Positions 19,860-30,009 of a stretch of 64,000 nucleotides of DNA are shown here, in pieces; position 1 is the stretch's first letter, and each line of letters begins with the position of its first letter. The notes below the pieces were generated by a model. The model saw nothing but the letters and a program-made list of their open reading frames with translations, was not told the DNA's origin and made no database searches. Both the position numbers and the translations under genes were made by a program. This DNA is from an uncultured Verrucomicrobiota bacterium (lineage in GTDB: Bacteria > Verrucomicrobiota > Verrucomicrobiia > Limisphaerales > UBA1412): positions 54,966 through 118,965 of the forward strand of contig CALXMK010000006.1 in the NCBI GenBank assembly GCA_944389455.1, in the 5' to 3' direction.

Positions 19860-22637
19860 ATGAGGAGAGTATTCTTAATATTTTGTATGATATTATGGGG
19901 AAACCTTTGTGGTTTATATGCCGAGGAAGAGGTCCCTGCAGAAAATATTTCCTCTCCGGCTGCGGATGAGAAAGCTACTCAAGAAGGAAAGTTGCCGAAT
20001 GAGCTTTCATTATTTAATGCCGCAGTTATTTCTTACAATGATAATCTTTTTGAGCGGGCTAAAGATGAATTTGCTCTATTTTGTATCAATTATCCCAATT
20101 CGACAAATTTGATCGATGCTACTGTCTATCAAGGCATAGCACTGTACAGAATGGGAAAATTTGTAGAATCGTTGAATTTTTTTCGTCCATTAATTTCTGA
20201 GACAAATAATGCGGCTCTATCAGCTGGAAAAGATCGATATCTTTATTGGAGTGGGCTTTCATCTTTTAAACTTCAAGATTTTCCAGGGGCTATTACTGCA
20301 CTTTCTCGCCTAGTTTCTGAATATCCTAAATCATCTCTAATTCCAAATGCCCTTTACTATACAGGAAACTCATGGCAAAAGTTAGGAAATACCAAGAAAG
20401 CTATTGAACTATTTAATACCCCTGACGGAATTTTTCAAACATTGTCCCAGCAGATGCCTAATAATGCATATATTATTCAGAGCTGGCTTCTATTAGCAGA
20501 AATGTATTTAATGCAAAATTCCTTTGAAAAAGTTCAGGAGATTTTATTAAAGATAGCAGAACACAACTTGCCTCCGGAGTTGCAATGGAGACAACTTTAT
20601 TTACAGACACAACTGAGCATGGCTCAACAAGATCTTAATGGAGCTGGTGTATGTGTAACTAATTTACTGAAATTAACAACAGATGCAGGCCTGCTTAATT
20701 TGGAATATCAAGCATTGGCTCTTCAAGGGGATCTCTTACGACAGGAGAACAGAATTGATGATGCTGTAAAAGTTTATGAAAAAAATGTTTCCAATACTTT
20801 GATTCCTCGTAAAGATCGTTGGAATGCCTTGATGAACATTGTGAAGATTGATATTGAATTAGGAAAACGAGATGCTGCCATTAATCTGCTAGAGTCTTTT
20901 CATACTGAATCTAAAGGGGATCCTTATAATGATGAAATACTTGTAACTTTAGGTAATCTCTATTTGCAAAATTATTATCAGAATATTCCTTATATCCGAA
21001 TGATTGAACCAGGGATGGGGATTGGAAATCCTGCGATGCAGAAAGCATATCAACATTATACCAATTTAATGTCTACTTTTACTAATAGCCCTTTTTTGTC
21101 AAAAGCGTGTCTTAATTTAGGTCTATGCTATTGGGAGTTGGGGTTCCCAAAAAATTCTATTGATTCTTTTTCTAAGGCAGTGGCTTCTATCCCTATTTCA
21201 GAAGATAATGCTTTCGCAAGAATCAAATTAGCAGAAGTACAATTTTATGAGAAAGATTTCCAGGGAACCTTGCAGACTATAGGTGCTTATTTGGAAATCT
21301 ATGCTGATGCACCAGGATTGCCTGCCGAATTTCTGGAACAGGCTTACCATTTGCAATTGATTACTGCTGTCGAACTTCAAAATGAGGATCTTGCCAGACG
21401 TGCTATGGCTTCTATTTTGGAAAAATATCCTAAGGGCTATTTTACTGAAAGGGATCTATTATATTTAGGAAATTATTTATGCAATATTGGGAAAACAGCA
21501 GAGGGGAGAGATCTTTTTCAAGAATGTTTGACTCTTTTCCCCAATAGTGAATTGAATAGAGAAGCTTTACGGTCTTTAGCCAGGAGTTGGCTTTATGAGA
21601 GAAAATATGATGAAGCCATCAAATTATATGAAAATTGGCTTACATCAAATCCAGAGTCGTCTCTTTTTTATTCTCAAACTGAATTTGAATTGGCTTGGTG
21701 TTATGCTCAATCAGGAGAAGATGAAAAAGCTTTAAAAGGTTTTTCTGATTTTGTAAATAAGTATCCTTCCGCAGCTGAGGTTGTTTTAGCTAAAAAATGG
21801 ATAGCAGATCATTATTTTAATAATAAACAATTTAGTTTAGCAGAAGAGTCCTATCAGCAAATATTTGAGTCTGACAATTTGGTTTCCCCGACTAATTCAT
21901 TCTCACTGGAAGCAAGGCTCATGGCAGCACGCTCTGCGTTTGCACGCGGTTCGTATAGGGATGCAGGAGAACATTTAAGAATTCTGATTAATCTCCTTCT
22001 AATTCCCCCAGCAAAACAGGTAGAAATGCTTGACGAAGCATTTATTTTGTTAGGGGATTCATTAACAGAAGAAAGTGCTTTCTCTGCAAATCCAAAGGAT
22101 AGATTAGATCGTTATGCCAAAGCCATTAATGCTTATTCTCGTGTTTCAAATGAAAGCTCTTTTCGAGCCGTAGCGCTTGGACGTATTGCTAATTGCCATT
22201 TTCAGCTTGCAGGCAATGAAACCGTCGACGATCGTCGGATTAAGTTAGCAATTCAATTTTATAAAGAGGCGATGAATCATCCCAAAGCAGCAGCAGTAAC
22301 TCGACTTCACGCGGAATTAGGATTGGCAGCACTATATTACCAGCAATCAATGAATCCGAAATTGGAGTCAACCGTGCGCACTCAAGACTTAGCATTGGCC
22401 CTTGATCACTATTTAAATGTTTATCAAGGGAAAAATCTCTTGCCGGGAGAATTTGATGCCTTTTGTACCCAAAAGGCTGGAATGGAGGCTGCGCGAATTT
22501 TGGAAGAACAAGGAAGATGGAAAGAGGCTTTGGGCATTTATAGGCGCTTGTTTGATTTGATAGAACCGCTTAGACCTCTCTTGAGAGAGAAAATTAGATA
22601 CGTATCTAGTCGAATTCCCAGTCAAAACAAGGATTAA
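19860..22637 (+). CDS. Secreted tetratricopeptide repeat protein
   Basis: Signal peptide from ATG 19860 (MRRVFLIF...); many TPR units with YP.S turns. The track starts at TTG 19806. Confidence 0.85.
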   Translation: MRRVFLIFCMILWGNLCGLYAEEEVPAENISSPAADEKATQEGKLPNELSLFNAAVISYNDNLFERAKDEFALFCINYPNSTNLIDATVYQGIALYRMGKFVESLNFFRPLISETNNAALSAGKDRYLYWSGLSSFKLQDFPGAITALSRLVSEYPKSSLIPNALYYTGNSWQKLGNTKKAIELFNTPDGIFQTLSQQMPNNAYIIQSWLLLAEMYLMQNSFEKVQEILLKIAEHNLPPELQWRQLYLQTQLSMAQQDLNGAGVCVTNLLKLTTDAGLLNLEYQALALQGDLLRQENRIDDAVKVYEKNVSNTLIPRKDRWNALMNIVKIDIELGKRDAAINLLESFHTESKGDPYNDEILVTLGNLYLQNYYQNIPYIRMIEPGMGIGNPAMQKAYQHYTNLMSTFTNSPFLSKACLNLGLCYWELGFPKNSIDSFSKAVASIPISEDNAFARIKLAEVQFYEKDFQGTLQTIGAYLEIYADAPGLPAEFLEQAYHLQLITAVELQNEDLARRAMASILEKYPKGYFTERDLLYLGNYLCNIGKTAEGRDLFQECLTLFPNSELNREALRSLARSWLYERKYDEAIKLYENWLTSNPESSLFYSQTEFELAWCYAQSGEDEKALKGFSDFVNKYPSAAEVVLAKKWIADHYFNNKQFSLAEESYQQIFESDNLVSPTNSFSLEARLMAARSAFARGSYRDAGEHLRILINLLLIPPAKQVEMLDEAFILLGDSLTEESAFSANPKDRLDRYAKAINAYSRVSNESSFRAVALGRIANCHFQLAGNETVDDRRIKLAIQFYKEAMNHPKAAAVTRLHAELGLAALYYQQSMNPKLESTVRTQDLALALDHYLNVYQGKNLLPGEFDAFCTQKAGMEAARILEEQGRWKEALGIYRRLFDLIEPLRPLLREKIRYVSSRIPSQNKD

Positions 22638-22663
22638 CTTTTACAAAAGTATTTAAAAACCTT

Positions 22664-23764
22664 ATGAATTTAGAAAAGGTATGTGTTGATCTGAAAACAA
22701 GATCATATAATATTCTTATTGGTCAAAATTTACTAAATCAGATCGGATTATTTTGTCGAAGCATTCTCCCTTCACAGAAAGGAGTTCTCATTGGAGATTC
22801 CAATACGACAGCGCTCTATAAAGAAGATTGCCTTATTTCCTTGCTCAAAGAAAATTTTCATGTTTCTTCCTGGCAGTTTCAGGCTGGTGAGAAATCAAAG
22901 AATTTGACTATATTAGGTAGATTATACGATTTTCTGGCCGAAGAAAAATTAGATAGAAAATCTTTTCTCATAGCTCTAGGAGGTGGAGTTGTTGGAGATA
23001 TAGTAGGTTTAGCGGCGGCTACCTATCTGCGTGGCATTCCATTTATTCAAGTTCCCACAACCCTTTTGGCGCAAGTTGATAGTTCTGTAGGGGGAAAAAC
23101 AGCAATAGATTTGCCATCTGGGAAAAATTTAGTAGGAGCATTCTATCAACCTAATCTTGTTTTATGCGATGTCAATCTGTTAAAAACTCTTCCACGACGA
23201 GAGTTGATTTGTGGTTTAGCAGAAGTTGTTAAATATGGCATTATTTTGGACAGAGATTTTTTTGACTTTTTAGAAACCCATATTGAAGGGATTTTGGCTT
23301 TGGAAACCAGTTTATTAACAACCGTCGTTAAGAGATGTTGTGAATTGAAAGCTTCCGTCACAGCAGCAGATGAGACGGAAACTGGTAAAAGAGCCATTCT
23401 CAACTTTGGGCACACCATCGCACATGCTATAGAGGTAGTTTCTGGCTATGGTAAATATACGCATGGAGAGGCTGTTGCAATAGGATCTTTGATTGCTTGT
23501 AAGCTTTCAGAGACTCTTATGGGTTTTCCTCCGGCAGAAACAGAACGAATAGAAAAATTTTTTATTAAAATTGGATTGCCTGTTTCTCTTGTTTCTACAG
23601 AAATTCGAAGTGTGGATTCTCTAGTCCTTGCAATGCAAAATGATAAAAAAACATTAGCTGGAATTCCGAGATTTGTTCTAGTCCAACATATAGGTGAAGC
23701 TAAATTTGGCTGTCAAGTGCCAGAGAGCTTACTTAGAAAAAGCATAGAAGAATTTATTAGATGA
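22664..23764 (+). CDS. aroB: 3-dehydroquinate synthase
   Basis: ALGGGVVGD, PTTLLAQVDSSVGGKT, LNFGHTIAHAIE, HGEAVAIG. Confidence 0.97.
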   Translation: MNLEKVCVDLKTRSYNILIGQNLLNQIGLFCRSILPSQKGVLIGDSNTTALYKEDCLISLLKENFHVSSWQFQAGEKSKNLTILGRLYDFLAEEKLDRKSFLIALGGGVVGDIVGLAAATYLRGIPFIQVPTTLLAQVDSSVGGKTAIDLPSGKNLVGAFYQPNLVLCDVNLLKTLPRRELICGLAEVVKYGIILDRDFFDFLETHIEGILALETSLLTTVVKRCCELKASVTAADETETGKRAILNFGHTIAHAIEVVSGYGKYTHGEAVAIGSLIACKLSETLMGFPPAETERIEKFFIKIGLPVSLVSTEIRSVDSLVLAMQNDKKTLAGIPRFVLVQHIGEAKFGCQVPESLLRKSIEEFIR

Positions 23765-23789
23765 TTCTTTCAAAAGAAAAATTATAAAA

Positions 23790-25364
23790 ATGAGCAATAT
23801 TATTAGAATATATGATACAACCCTTCGTGATGGAAGCCAAGGGGAGGGAATTAACTTTTCAGTAAATGATAAAATTAAAATTGTAGAGAAACTAGATGCT
23901 TTTGGAATACAATTTGTAGAAGGAGGTTGGCCTGGATCTAATCCCAGAGATGTAGAGTTCTTTAACGAAATTTCTAAAAAAAAGTTTAAACAAACTCAAA
24001 TTGTTGCTTTTGGATCTACACGGCGAAAAAACATTGACGTTCAACAAGATGAACAAGTAAGATTATTGTTAGGAGCAGAGACACCGGCTATTGCTGTTTT
24101 CGGGAAAACATGGCTTCTTCATGTTCAAGAAGTTTTAAAGACAAGTCCGTCAGAAAACCTTGCCATGATTCGCGATACTGTAGCCTATTTAAAATCACAT
24201 AATAAATGTGTACTTTTTGATGCCGAACATGCTTTTGATGGATATAAAGATAATCCAGAATATGCTTTGGAGGTTTTAAAAACAGCTGCAAGTGCTGGAG
24301 CAGATTGGATTACTTTGTGTGACACTAACGGGGGAACCCTCCCTTCAGAAATCGGCACTATTGTCTCAGAAGTTTTAAAGGTTATTGGCAGCTCCGGCCT
24401 AGGAATTCATACTCATAATGATATTGGCATGGCAGAAGCAAATGCTCTTACTGCCATAGAAAAAGGGGCCCAAATGATTCAAGGAACGATCAATGGATTT
24501 GGAGAAAGAACTGGTAATTGCAACTTAATTAGCGTCATTCCAACTCTTCATTTCAAAATGAAGAGGAATGCTGTTCCTGATGAATCTTTGCCAAAACTCA
24601 AACAGCTTTCTCAATTTGTCTATGAAATTGCCAATATGCTTCCCAACCCCGCAGAACCATGGGTTGGGAATTCTGCCTTTGCGCATAAAGGTGGAATGCA
24701 CGTTAATGCTGTACAAAAATTAGCTAGAACTTTTGAACATATTGATCCCTCCGCTGTAGGGAATCACCGTAGAGTTTTAGTTAGCGACTTGTCAGGAAAA
24801 AGCAATATCATTCTTAAAGCCAAAGAATTAGGAATTGAGTTAGAGAATTCATCTCCCGAATTAAGGTCCATTCTTAACACTATCAAACAAATGGAGCATC
24901 AAGGTTATGAATTTGAATCAGCAGAGGCATCCTTCATGTTGTTGATTCAGAAAAAATTCAAAAAAGTCCAAGCTCCATTTACAATTGTCTCCTATCATAT
25001 TTCGATGCGTTCCGATGGACAGAGCAAAATATGTGAGGCTACAATCAAGGTTCGAGTAGGAGATAAAATAGGCCATACTGTAGCAGATGGAATGGGCCCA
25101 GTGGAAGCATTAGATGGTGCTTTAAGGGCAGCATTGTTAGATTTTTACCCAAACCTAAAAGAGATGAAATTATCTGACTATAAAGTGCGCATATTAGAGA
25201 GCTCAAATGGTACTGCGGCTAAAACTCGCGTATTAATCGATTCTTCAGATGGGACTCAGACTTGGGGAACTGTCGGTATGAGCTCAAATGTAATCGAAGC
25301 CAGTTTACAAGCACTTGTTGATAGTATTGAGTATTGGCTATTAAAAAAGAGGGGAGAGTTTTAA
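23790..25364 (+). CDS. cimA: Citramalate synthase (CimA/LeuA family)
   Basis: YDTTLRDGSQGEG, EGGWPGSNP, DAEHAFDGY, HTHND, GERTGN, AFAHKGGMH, plus a C-terminal regulatory domain. Confidence 0.9.
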   Translation: MSNIIRIYDTTLRDGSQGEGINFSVNDKIKIVEKLDAFGIQFVEGGWPGSNPRDVEFFNEISKKKFKQTQIVAFGSTRRKNIDVQQDEQVRLLLGAETPAIAVFGKTWLLHVQEVLKTSPSENLAMIRDTVAYLKSHNKCVLFDAEHAFDGYKDNPEYALEVLKTAASAGADWITLCDTNGGTLPSEIGTIVSEVLKVIGSSGLGIHTHNDIGMAEANALTAIEKGAQMIQGTINGFGERTGNCNLISVIPTLHFKMKRNAVPDESLPKLKQLSQFVYEIANMLPNPAEPWVGNSAFAHKGGMHVNAVQKLARTFEHIDPSAVGNHRRVLVSDLSGKSNIILKAKELGIELENSSPELRSILNTIKQMEHQGYEFESAEASFMLLIQKKFKKVQAPFTIVSYHISMRSDGQSKICEATIKVRVGDKIGHTVADGMGPVEALDGALRAALLDFYPNLKEMKLSDYKVRILESSNGTAAKTRVLIDSSDGTQTWGTVGMSSNVIEASLQALVDSIEYWLLKKRGEF

Positions 25365-25417
25365 TTTCTAATACACTCCCCAGAATAAAGTTATAAAAAC
25401 TATTCACTAGGTATGCC

Positions 25418-26698
25418 TCAAAATCCAGGAGGTCCAGGAGGCATACCTGATTGTCCCATACCAAATCTTCCAGCGCCTCTCATTCCTCCCATTATATCTC
25501 GCATATTAATTTGCGGAGGTTCATCGTATGCACTGGGATTTGATGCATATTCTAATTGAGCTCTTGCCGCTGCAAACACCTGTGACATTTGCTCATCTGC
25601 TGCATAATTTTGCTCAATTGATTCCAATACATTGAGTCTACTTGCAGCCGACTCTACCGAAACATTGTTATTAGGACCGATTCCTCCTAGCCCAAGGATC
25701 ATCATTCTGCTCAACATAGGATTATCGACAACCTCATTATAGGCAGTATTAAACATTTCTGTAGCCTGGCTATTACGCCCAACGTAATCCATGGCTGAGG
25801 CCATCAGTCTTGCCTGGTCCATTGGGCTTAGATTTTGATTCATAAAGGCATCATAAATAGCAGGGATAGCAGCTTCTCCTAAGGTTTGAATCGCAAAATC
25901 AAGAACAGAACCATCTATGCCATTATTGGTAACCAGTGAACCAAGCATAGCTGCCGCGTACTCTGTATCACCAAGTGAGGCTAATAATTGAAGTAATTGC
26001 CGTTTATCTCCTTCTGTTATTGATGTATTAGCCAACAAGTTTCTGGCTGTAGTTATCGTTGTATTGACAAAAATATTGCTGTCAATAGATTGCAAAATAG
26101 TAGATAAATAACTTAATTCTTGTGCATTTAATGTCGTCGGTAGAATTTGTCCAAGAAGATTTATAGCATCTTTTCCTCCAATATCATTCAATACATCGAT
26201 CAATCCAATACGAGTTGTTGATGGCAAGTCTGTGTTAGCTGTGCCAGTGTTGTTATTGTTAAAATTATTGTTACGCCCTCTTCCATTCCGATTACCAGGT
26301 CCTCTTCCACGAAAGCCTCCTGTATTTTCAATTAAAACAACATTTTCTCCTGTTGTGAAATAATCACGAATTGCGGGTATAGCCTTTTCTCCTTCTTCGA
26401 CTAATCCTTGAAAACAGAAAAATGCTTCACGGAGCTTTTTTTTAGGATCGCTGTTAAGATTGCTTAATCTATGGATGAGAAGAGTGGAATCAGTATCCAA
26501 ACTTAGTTGCACATCTGGAGACGAAGGTTGGCTAGAAGATTTAGCTGCCAATAAAGCTTCTTTTTCTGCTTCCCAAGCATTTTGTCTGGCATTGATTTGT
26601 TCAACAGCAGCACGCTCAACTTTTAAAACATAATGGGCGCTAGCAGCAATTACACAAGCACAAATGATACAATTAATCAAAATTCCTTTCGTATTCAT
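25418..26698 (-). CDS. Hypothetical membrane-anchored alpha-helical (HEAT-like) protein
   Basis: N-terminal anchor, helical repeats, low-complexity G/R/N insert and G/M/P tail. Confidence 0.75.
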   Translation of the reverse strand: MNTKGILINCIICACVIAASAHYVLKVERAAVEQINARQNAWEAEKEALLAAKSSSQPSSPDVQLSLDTDSTLLIHRLSNLNSDPKKKLREAFFCFQGLVEEGEKAIPAIRDYFTTGENVVLIENTGGFRGRGPGNRNGRGRNNNFNNNNTGTANTDLPSTTRIGLIDVLNDIGGKDAINLLGQILPTTLNAQELSYLSTILQSIDSNIFVNTTITTARNLLANTSITEGDKRQLLQLLASLGDTEYAAAMLGSLVTNNGIDGSVLDFAIQTLGEAAIPAIYDAFMNQNLSPMDQARLMASAMDYVGRNSQATEMFNTAYNEVVDNPMLSRMMILGLGGIGPNNNVSVESAASRLNVLESIEQNYAADEQMSQVFAAARAQLEYASNPSAYDEPPQINMRDIMGGMRGAGRFGMGQSGMPPGPPGF

Positions 26699-26889
26699 AA
26701 CGAAACTCTATATTGAAAACACCAGTTAGAGCTAATAGTTTTGATTTATTTAGATAATTGTGAAGTTTTTTGGTATACCATCTTTGAACGAGATGCGACT
26801 TGACAAAAAACACTTTCTACGGTTTCATAATCAAAGGTAAACACTGGGAGAGTGGGAACCTATTAAGGAAAAAATCGGGAATTTTGTAT

Positions 26890-27291
26890 ATGACAAAGAG
26901 ACTTTTTTTAAAAACTCTCGTATGTTGCTGTGGGGCAGCAATATTGAGTGGATGTGTAGGAACAGTAGATGGCGGGAAACGAATGGGGAATCCTATGGTT
27001 AACGATAAAATTTTGAGCCTGTATGATGCGCCCGTCACAATGGATATTGCTTTTCAATCTGCCAAAAAAGTTCTGATGGAAATTGGCAACTTGTACGGAG
27101 AAAATACGATTACATATACTCTGGAAGCAAAAGTTGATACTAGGACTGTTTTTTTGAAAGTTGAAGATTCTGAAGGAAAGGTGCTTATCACTACACAAGT
27201 CCGCGCTAAAGGGGGAGGAGCCGATTTAACTCTGGCTAGCGAGATTGATAAACGGATTGCTATTGAGATGACATTGAGAACTAACGAGTAA
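26890..27291 (+). CDS. DUF3568-like lipoprotein
   Basis: Lipobox LSGC after ATG 26890; C-terminal DLTLASEIDKRIA. The track starts at TTG 26800. Confidence 0.65.
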   Translation: MTKRLFLKTLVCCCGAAILSGCVGTVDGGKRMGNPMVNDKILSLYDAPVTMDIAFQSAKKVLMEIGNLYGENTITYTLEAKVDTRTVFLKVEDSEGKVLITTQVRAKGGGADLTLASEIDKRIAIEMTLRTNE

Positions 27292-27321
27292 TCTTAAATT
27301 TAAGGAATTAAGTATTTGGAC

Positions 27322-27349
27322 AGATCCGGTATTTTTCCGGATCTTTTTT
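27322..27349 (+). terminator. Intrinsic terminator
   Basis: AGATCCGG-loop-CCGGATCT followed by a T-run. Confidence 0.75.
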
Positions 27350-27393
27350 ATTTTAAAATTGAGTTAACTCCATTAGAAGTGTAATTTATCTGC

Positions 27394-28782
27394 ATGCGGC
27401 AAGTCTTATTGCAAGGAGCCCGAATTTTAGATCCGATGAATAACGTGGATCTAATTGGTGAATTACTAATTCGGGAGGGGAAGGTAGCTGCCATTGGCAA
27501 AAATCTTTCATCTGATTTAAAGCAAGAAACAGAAGTAATTTCTCTAGAAGGTTTGGTTCTATGTCCCGGATTAATTGATATGCATGTGCACTTGCGGGAA
27601 CCTGGGCAAACAGCAAAAGAGACTATTAAAACTGGAACACAAGCAGCAGCCAGGGGCGGAATTACCAGTATTGTTTGTATGCCAAACACTAATCCTCCAT
27701 TGGATAACCCAAGTTCAGTGGCCTTTGTTGAAGAACACTGCAGACAAGAAGCGACAGTAAATGTTTTTATAGCAGGAGCGATCAGCAAAGATTTGGATGG
27801 TAAAGAGATGGCTCCTATCGGGGGACTCAAAAATGCAGGAGTTGTTGCTATTACCGATGATGGTCATTGTATCCAAAATAATGATTTAATGCGCAGATCT
27901 GTAGAATATGCTCAATTATTTGGTTTGCTCGTTATGGATCATTGCCAAGATTATAGTGCAACTAGTGATGGTGTAATGCATGGTGGGTACTGGAGTACAC
28001 ACCTTGGCTTAAGAGGTTGGCCCAGTTTAGGTGAAGAAATAGTCGTGGCTAGGAATATTCTATTAGCCAAAAGGATTGGAGCCAGATTATACTGCCAGCA
28101 TGTTAGTAGTGGGGAAAGTATTAATATGATCCGAATGGCCAAAAAAGAAGGAATCACAATTTACGCAGAGACATGTCCTCATTATTTTATTTTAACAGAC
28201 TCGGCAATAGCTGGTTCTGACATATATTGGGGAAAAGATGGCAATGATTATTTTATGCCTTTTTCCGATGAAGTGAAATCTTTACCAAAGCCTAGATGGT
28301 CTCGTTATAATACTTTTTTTAAGATGAATCCTCCTCTGCCATCCGCTTCTCATCGAGAAGCTATTTTAGAAGGTTTGGCAGATGGAACAATTGATGTTAT
28401 TGCTAGTGATCATGCACCTCATTGTTGGCATGAGAAGGAAGTCGAATTCGATTTAGCCCCATTCGGTATTATTGGATTAGAAACAGAATTGGCTTTATCC
28501 TTAACAGGTCTTTACCATAAGAAAATTCTTAGTTTATCTGATTTAATTAAAAAATTTACAGTTAATCCTGCGAAACTTTTAGGAATAAAGAAAGGATCAC
28601 TTAGTATCGGCAGTGACGCAGACATCACGGTATTTGACCCGGAAAAAGAATGGTTTTATAACCCTAATGATGGTGCCAGTAAGTCGAAAAATTCTCCGTT
28701 TGCGGGCTGGCCTCTGAAAGGAAAAGCTATTGCAACATGGGTTAAAGGAGAATTGAAGTGGAGTGATCGAAATCTAAAATAA
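27394..28782 (+). CDS. pyrC: Dihydroorotase (type I)
   Basis: PGLIDMHVHLREPG, MPNTNP, AETCPHY, KMNPPL, ASDHAPH. Confidence 0.95.
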   Translation: MRQVLLQGARILDPMNNVDLIGELLIREGKVAAIGKNLSSDLKQETEVISLEGLVLCPGLIDMHVHLREPGQTAKETIKTGTQAAARGGITSIVCMPNTNPPLDNPSSVAFVEEHCRQEATVNVFIAGAISKDLDGKEMAPIGGLKNAGVVAITDDGHCIQNNDLMRRSVEYAQLFGLLVMDHCQDYSATSDGVMHGGYWSTHLGLRGWPSLGEEIVVARNILLAKRIGARLYCQHVSSGESINMIRMAKKEGITIYAETCPHYFILTDSAIAGSDIYWGKDGNDYFMPFSDEVKSLPKPRWSRYNTFFKMNPPLPSASHREAILEGLADGTIDVIASDHAPHCWHEKEVEFDLAPFGIIGLETELALSLTGLYHKKILSLSDLIKKFTVNPAKLLGIKKGSLSIGSDADITVFDPEKEWFYNPNDGASKSKNSPFAGWPLKGKAIATWVKGELKWSDRNLK

Positions 28783-28783
28783 A

Positions 28784-29905
28784 ATGAAAAAAAATGTCAT
28801 TAGACCTTTAATTCAAAAATTAAATCCATATGTACCTGGAGAACAAATAAATCTTCCTGGACTTATCCGATTAAATACAAATGAACCTCCATATGCTCCT
28901 GCTCCAGAGGTTTTGGCGAGAATAAAAGATTCGGTAGATGCTAGATTGCGTAGATATCCTAATCCTACATCTGATGAAGTCAGAGAAAAATTAGCATCAA
29001 TTCACGGATGTAAGAAGGAAAATATACTTGTTGGAAATGGATCCGATGAAGTATTAGAGTTAGCAGTCCGAGTTTTTGTAGAACCAATTTCTCCATCTAT
29101 CAATGACAATTCAGCCAGTACGGTCCAATATTTTGATCCCAGTTATAGTCTATATCCGGTATTGGCAGATATTGCAGGAGCCTTGAAAAATCCTGTACCT
29201 CTTTTGTCTGATTTTGGCATTCCGATTACAGAGCAATTAAAATTAGAAGGGAAATGGGATTTTAATGCGGCTCTGACATTTGTTACCACTCCTAATGCTC
29301 CTACAGGAAGAGGTTATACAACAAGAGAGCTAGAAACGCTTTGTGCAAATCAAAATGGAATAATTCTTTTGGATGAGGCGTATGCAAATTTTGCTGAAGA
29401 AAACGCAATGTCTCTTGCTTTAAAATTTCCAAATGTATTGGTTGCCAGAACTTTTTCAAAAGCTTATGCTCTCTGTTTTCAAAGGATCGGATATGTTGTT
29501 GGACCTGAAAATCTGATTTCATCTCTTCATAAGATTCGAGGAAGCTATAATGTAAATGGTTTAGCGCAGGTGGCAGCATCCGCTTCTTTAGATTATCTAA
29601 ATTATTATCAAAAAAACTTTGAATATATTAAAAAAATTCGAGCAAAAACATCTGAATGGCTAAGTTCAAAAGGGTTTTATGTTAATCCTAGCCAGACTAA
29701 TTTTATATTTGTAAAACCTCCTAACATTTTAACAGCTGAAAACTGGTATAAAGCTTACCATAAAAAGAATGTGCTTGTTCGCTGGTGGAGATATCCGAAT
29801 GTAAAGGATTATCTGAGAATATCAATTGGTTCAGAAGAAGAAATGATCGAATTCAGAAAAAGAACTTTGGATATATTCAAAGAAAATGGAATTCTGAATC
29901 TATAA
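28784..29905 (+). CDS. hisC: Histidinol-phosphate aminotransferase
   Basis: PYVPGEQ, LNTNE, GNGSDE, PNAPTG, DEAY, RTFSKAY (PLP lysine). Confidence 0.93.
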   Translation: MKKNVIRPLIQKLNPYVPGEQINLPGLIRLNTNEPPYAPAPEVLARIKDSVDARLRRYPNPTSDEVREKLASIHGCKKENILVGNGSDEVLELAVRVFVEPISPSINDNSASTVQYFDPSYSLYPVLADIAGALKNPVPLLSDFGIPITEQLKLEGKWDFNAALTFVTTPNAPTGRGYTTRELETLCANQNGIILLDEAYANFAEENAMSLALKFPNVLVARTFSKAYALCFQRIGYVVGPENLISSLHKIRGSYNVNGLAQVAASASLDYLNYYQKNFEYIKKIRAKTSEWLSSKGFYVNPSQTNFIFVKPPNILTAENWYKAYHKKNVLVRWWRYPNVKDYLRISIGSEEEMIEFRKRTLDIFKENGILNL

Positions 29906-29945
29906 TAAATCTATCTCCTTAAGAGGAGAATCTTTATGCTAACAA

Positions 29946-29988
29946 ATAAAACAGCCTTTCTTCTTCATGAGAGAAAGGCTGTTTTATT
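29946..29988. terminator. Bidirectional intrinsic terminator
   Basis: AATAAAACAGCCTTTCT...AGAAAGGCTGTTTTATT between convergent genes. Confidence 0.8.
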
Positions 29989-30009
29989 AAATTAAATTTA
30001 TAGGTAAGA

